Below, in pieces: positions 23,621 through 24,000 of a stretch of DNA of 24,000 bases; within the stretch, counting starts at the first letter, position 1; the number at the start of each line of letters is the position of its first letter. Under the pieces are notes generated by a model. It was not told the DNA's origin. It saw only the letters and a program-made list of their open reading frames with translations, and did not search any database. Source of the DNA: Flavobacteriales bacterium. Its GTDB lineage: Bacteria; Bacteroidota; Bacteroidia; Flavobacteriales_D; Cryomorphaceae. The stretch is taken from NCBI GenBank assembly GCA_022448105.1, contig JAKVAV010000016.1, positions 10,558 to 34,557 on the forward strand, given 5' to 3'. Made by a program: the position numbers and the translations under genes.

Positions 23621-24000
23621 AGCCGTATCGTCAAAATACGGCGCATCCCCTCGATGAACATCCATCGCATGAACGATGTGCGCTATCGCGTCGTCTACCG
23701 CTTCGATGTGATCTTGTTTTTCGAGAATGATGCCTGCCAATCTCTCATTTCCAAATTCTTCTTGTTGTGAATTTTCGAGCTCCAATACCCCATCTGTACA
23801 CATGACCAGCATGGCATCTCGTGATAACTCAATTTCGCCTTTATTGATAAAAGGTAGTTCATTGAGCATACCAATTCCCACGGTTCCTTCTCTCAGGAAG
23901 TGCGTCTTCCCACCTGAAATTACAAATGGAGGATTATGACCAGCATTGATGTAGTGGAGCATTCGACTGGGATAGTGGAAGTAACCAAAAAAAATAGTGA
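23597..24000 (-). CDS. PP2C/SpoIIE-family serine phosphatase, C-terminal part (gene continues beyond the window)
   Basis: '...TIFFGYFHYPSRMLHYINAGHNPPFVISGG...GMLNELPF...LSRDAMLVMCTDGVLE...DDTALLCCRF' is the SpoIIE/PP2C catalytic-domain C-terminal pattern ('NAGHNPP', 'YTDGV/LxE', 'DDxT'). The frame stays open upstream of the Met at 23962 to the window edge. Its 3' end overlaps the convergent gene by 24 nt. Confidence 0.75.
   Translation of the reverse strand, partial: TIFFGYFHYPSRMLHYINAGHNPPFVISGGKTHFLREGTVGIGMLNELPFINKGEIELSRDAMLVMCTDGVLELENSQQEEFGNERLAGIILEKQDHIEAVDDAIAHIVHAMDVHRGDAPYFDDTALLCCRFK

Noticed and set aside
1-24000. Window-wide search for defence islands, prophage or IS elements, integrases, toxin-antitoxin pairs, tRNA/rRNA genes and long direct or inverted repeats.
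   Set aside because: No such genes or repeat boundaries were recognisable. The gene content is metabolic and envelope-related, with consistent Bacteroidota-style signals throughout.

Overview
This looks like a chromosomal segment of a Bacteroidota (Flavobacteriia-like) genome. The evidence is a T9SS type-A C-terminal sorting domain, CarboxypepD_reg/DUF5686-type and DUF481-type outer-membrane proteins, a long-form urocanase, several TAnnTTTG -7 promoter boxes and little Shine-Dalgarno usage. I call 22 CDSs (one partial at the right edge; three starts re-set relative to the ORF track; one 52-aa lipoprotein absent from the track), 2 decayed genes, 1 clear rho-independent terminator, 1 heptamer tandem repeat and a few palindromes and promoter boxes. 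The most system-like content is a minus-strand organoarsenic (arsenosugar-type) module at 6679..10071. Its order is AhpD-like CxxC protein -> radical-SAM ArsS -> 224-nt spacer holding a 7-bp tandem repeat -> PNP/MTAP-family phosphorylase -> ArsM-like methyltransferase, and both gene pairs have overlapping stop/start codons. The second block is a Wzx/Wzy-type surface-polysaccharide locus at 17655..23620 (methyltransferase, GT4, flippase, Wzz-like protein, O-antigen-ligase-like protein). The rest is housekeeping or envelope genes: hutU with a tightly coupled Cys-rich mini-protein, an S9 peptidase, a CPBP protease, a GreA-like factor, a PaaI thioesterase and an FMN reductase. I found no rRNA, tRNA, CRISPR array, transposase, integrase, or nuclease/ATPase/RT/toxin-antitoxin combination. 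I therefore cannot support a novel defence or mobile system here. The arsenic module and its odd internal repeat are the best candidates for follow-up. All family assignments come from motif recognition by eye, not from database searches.
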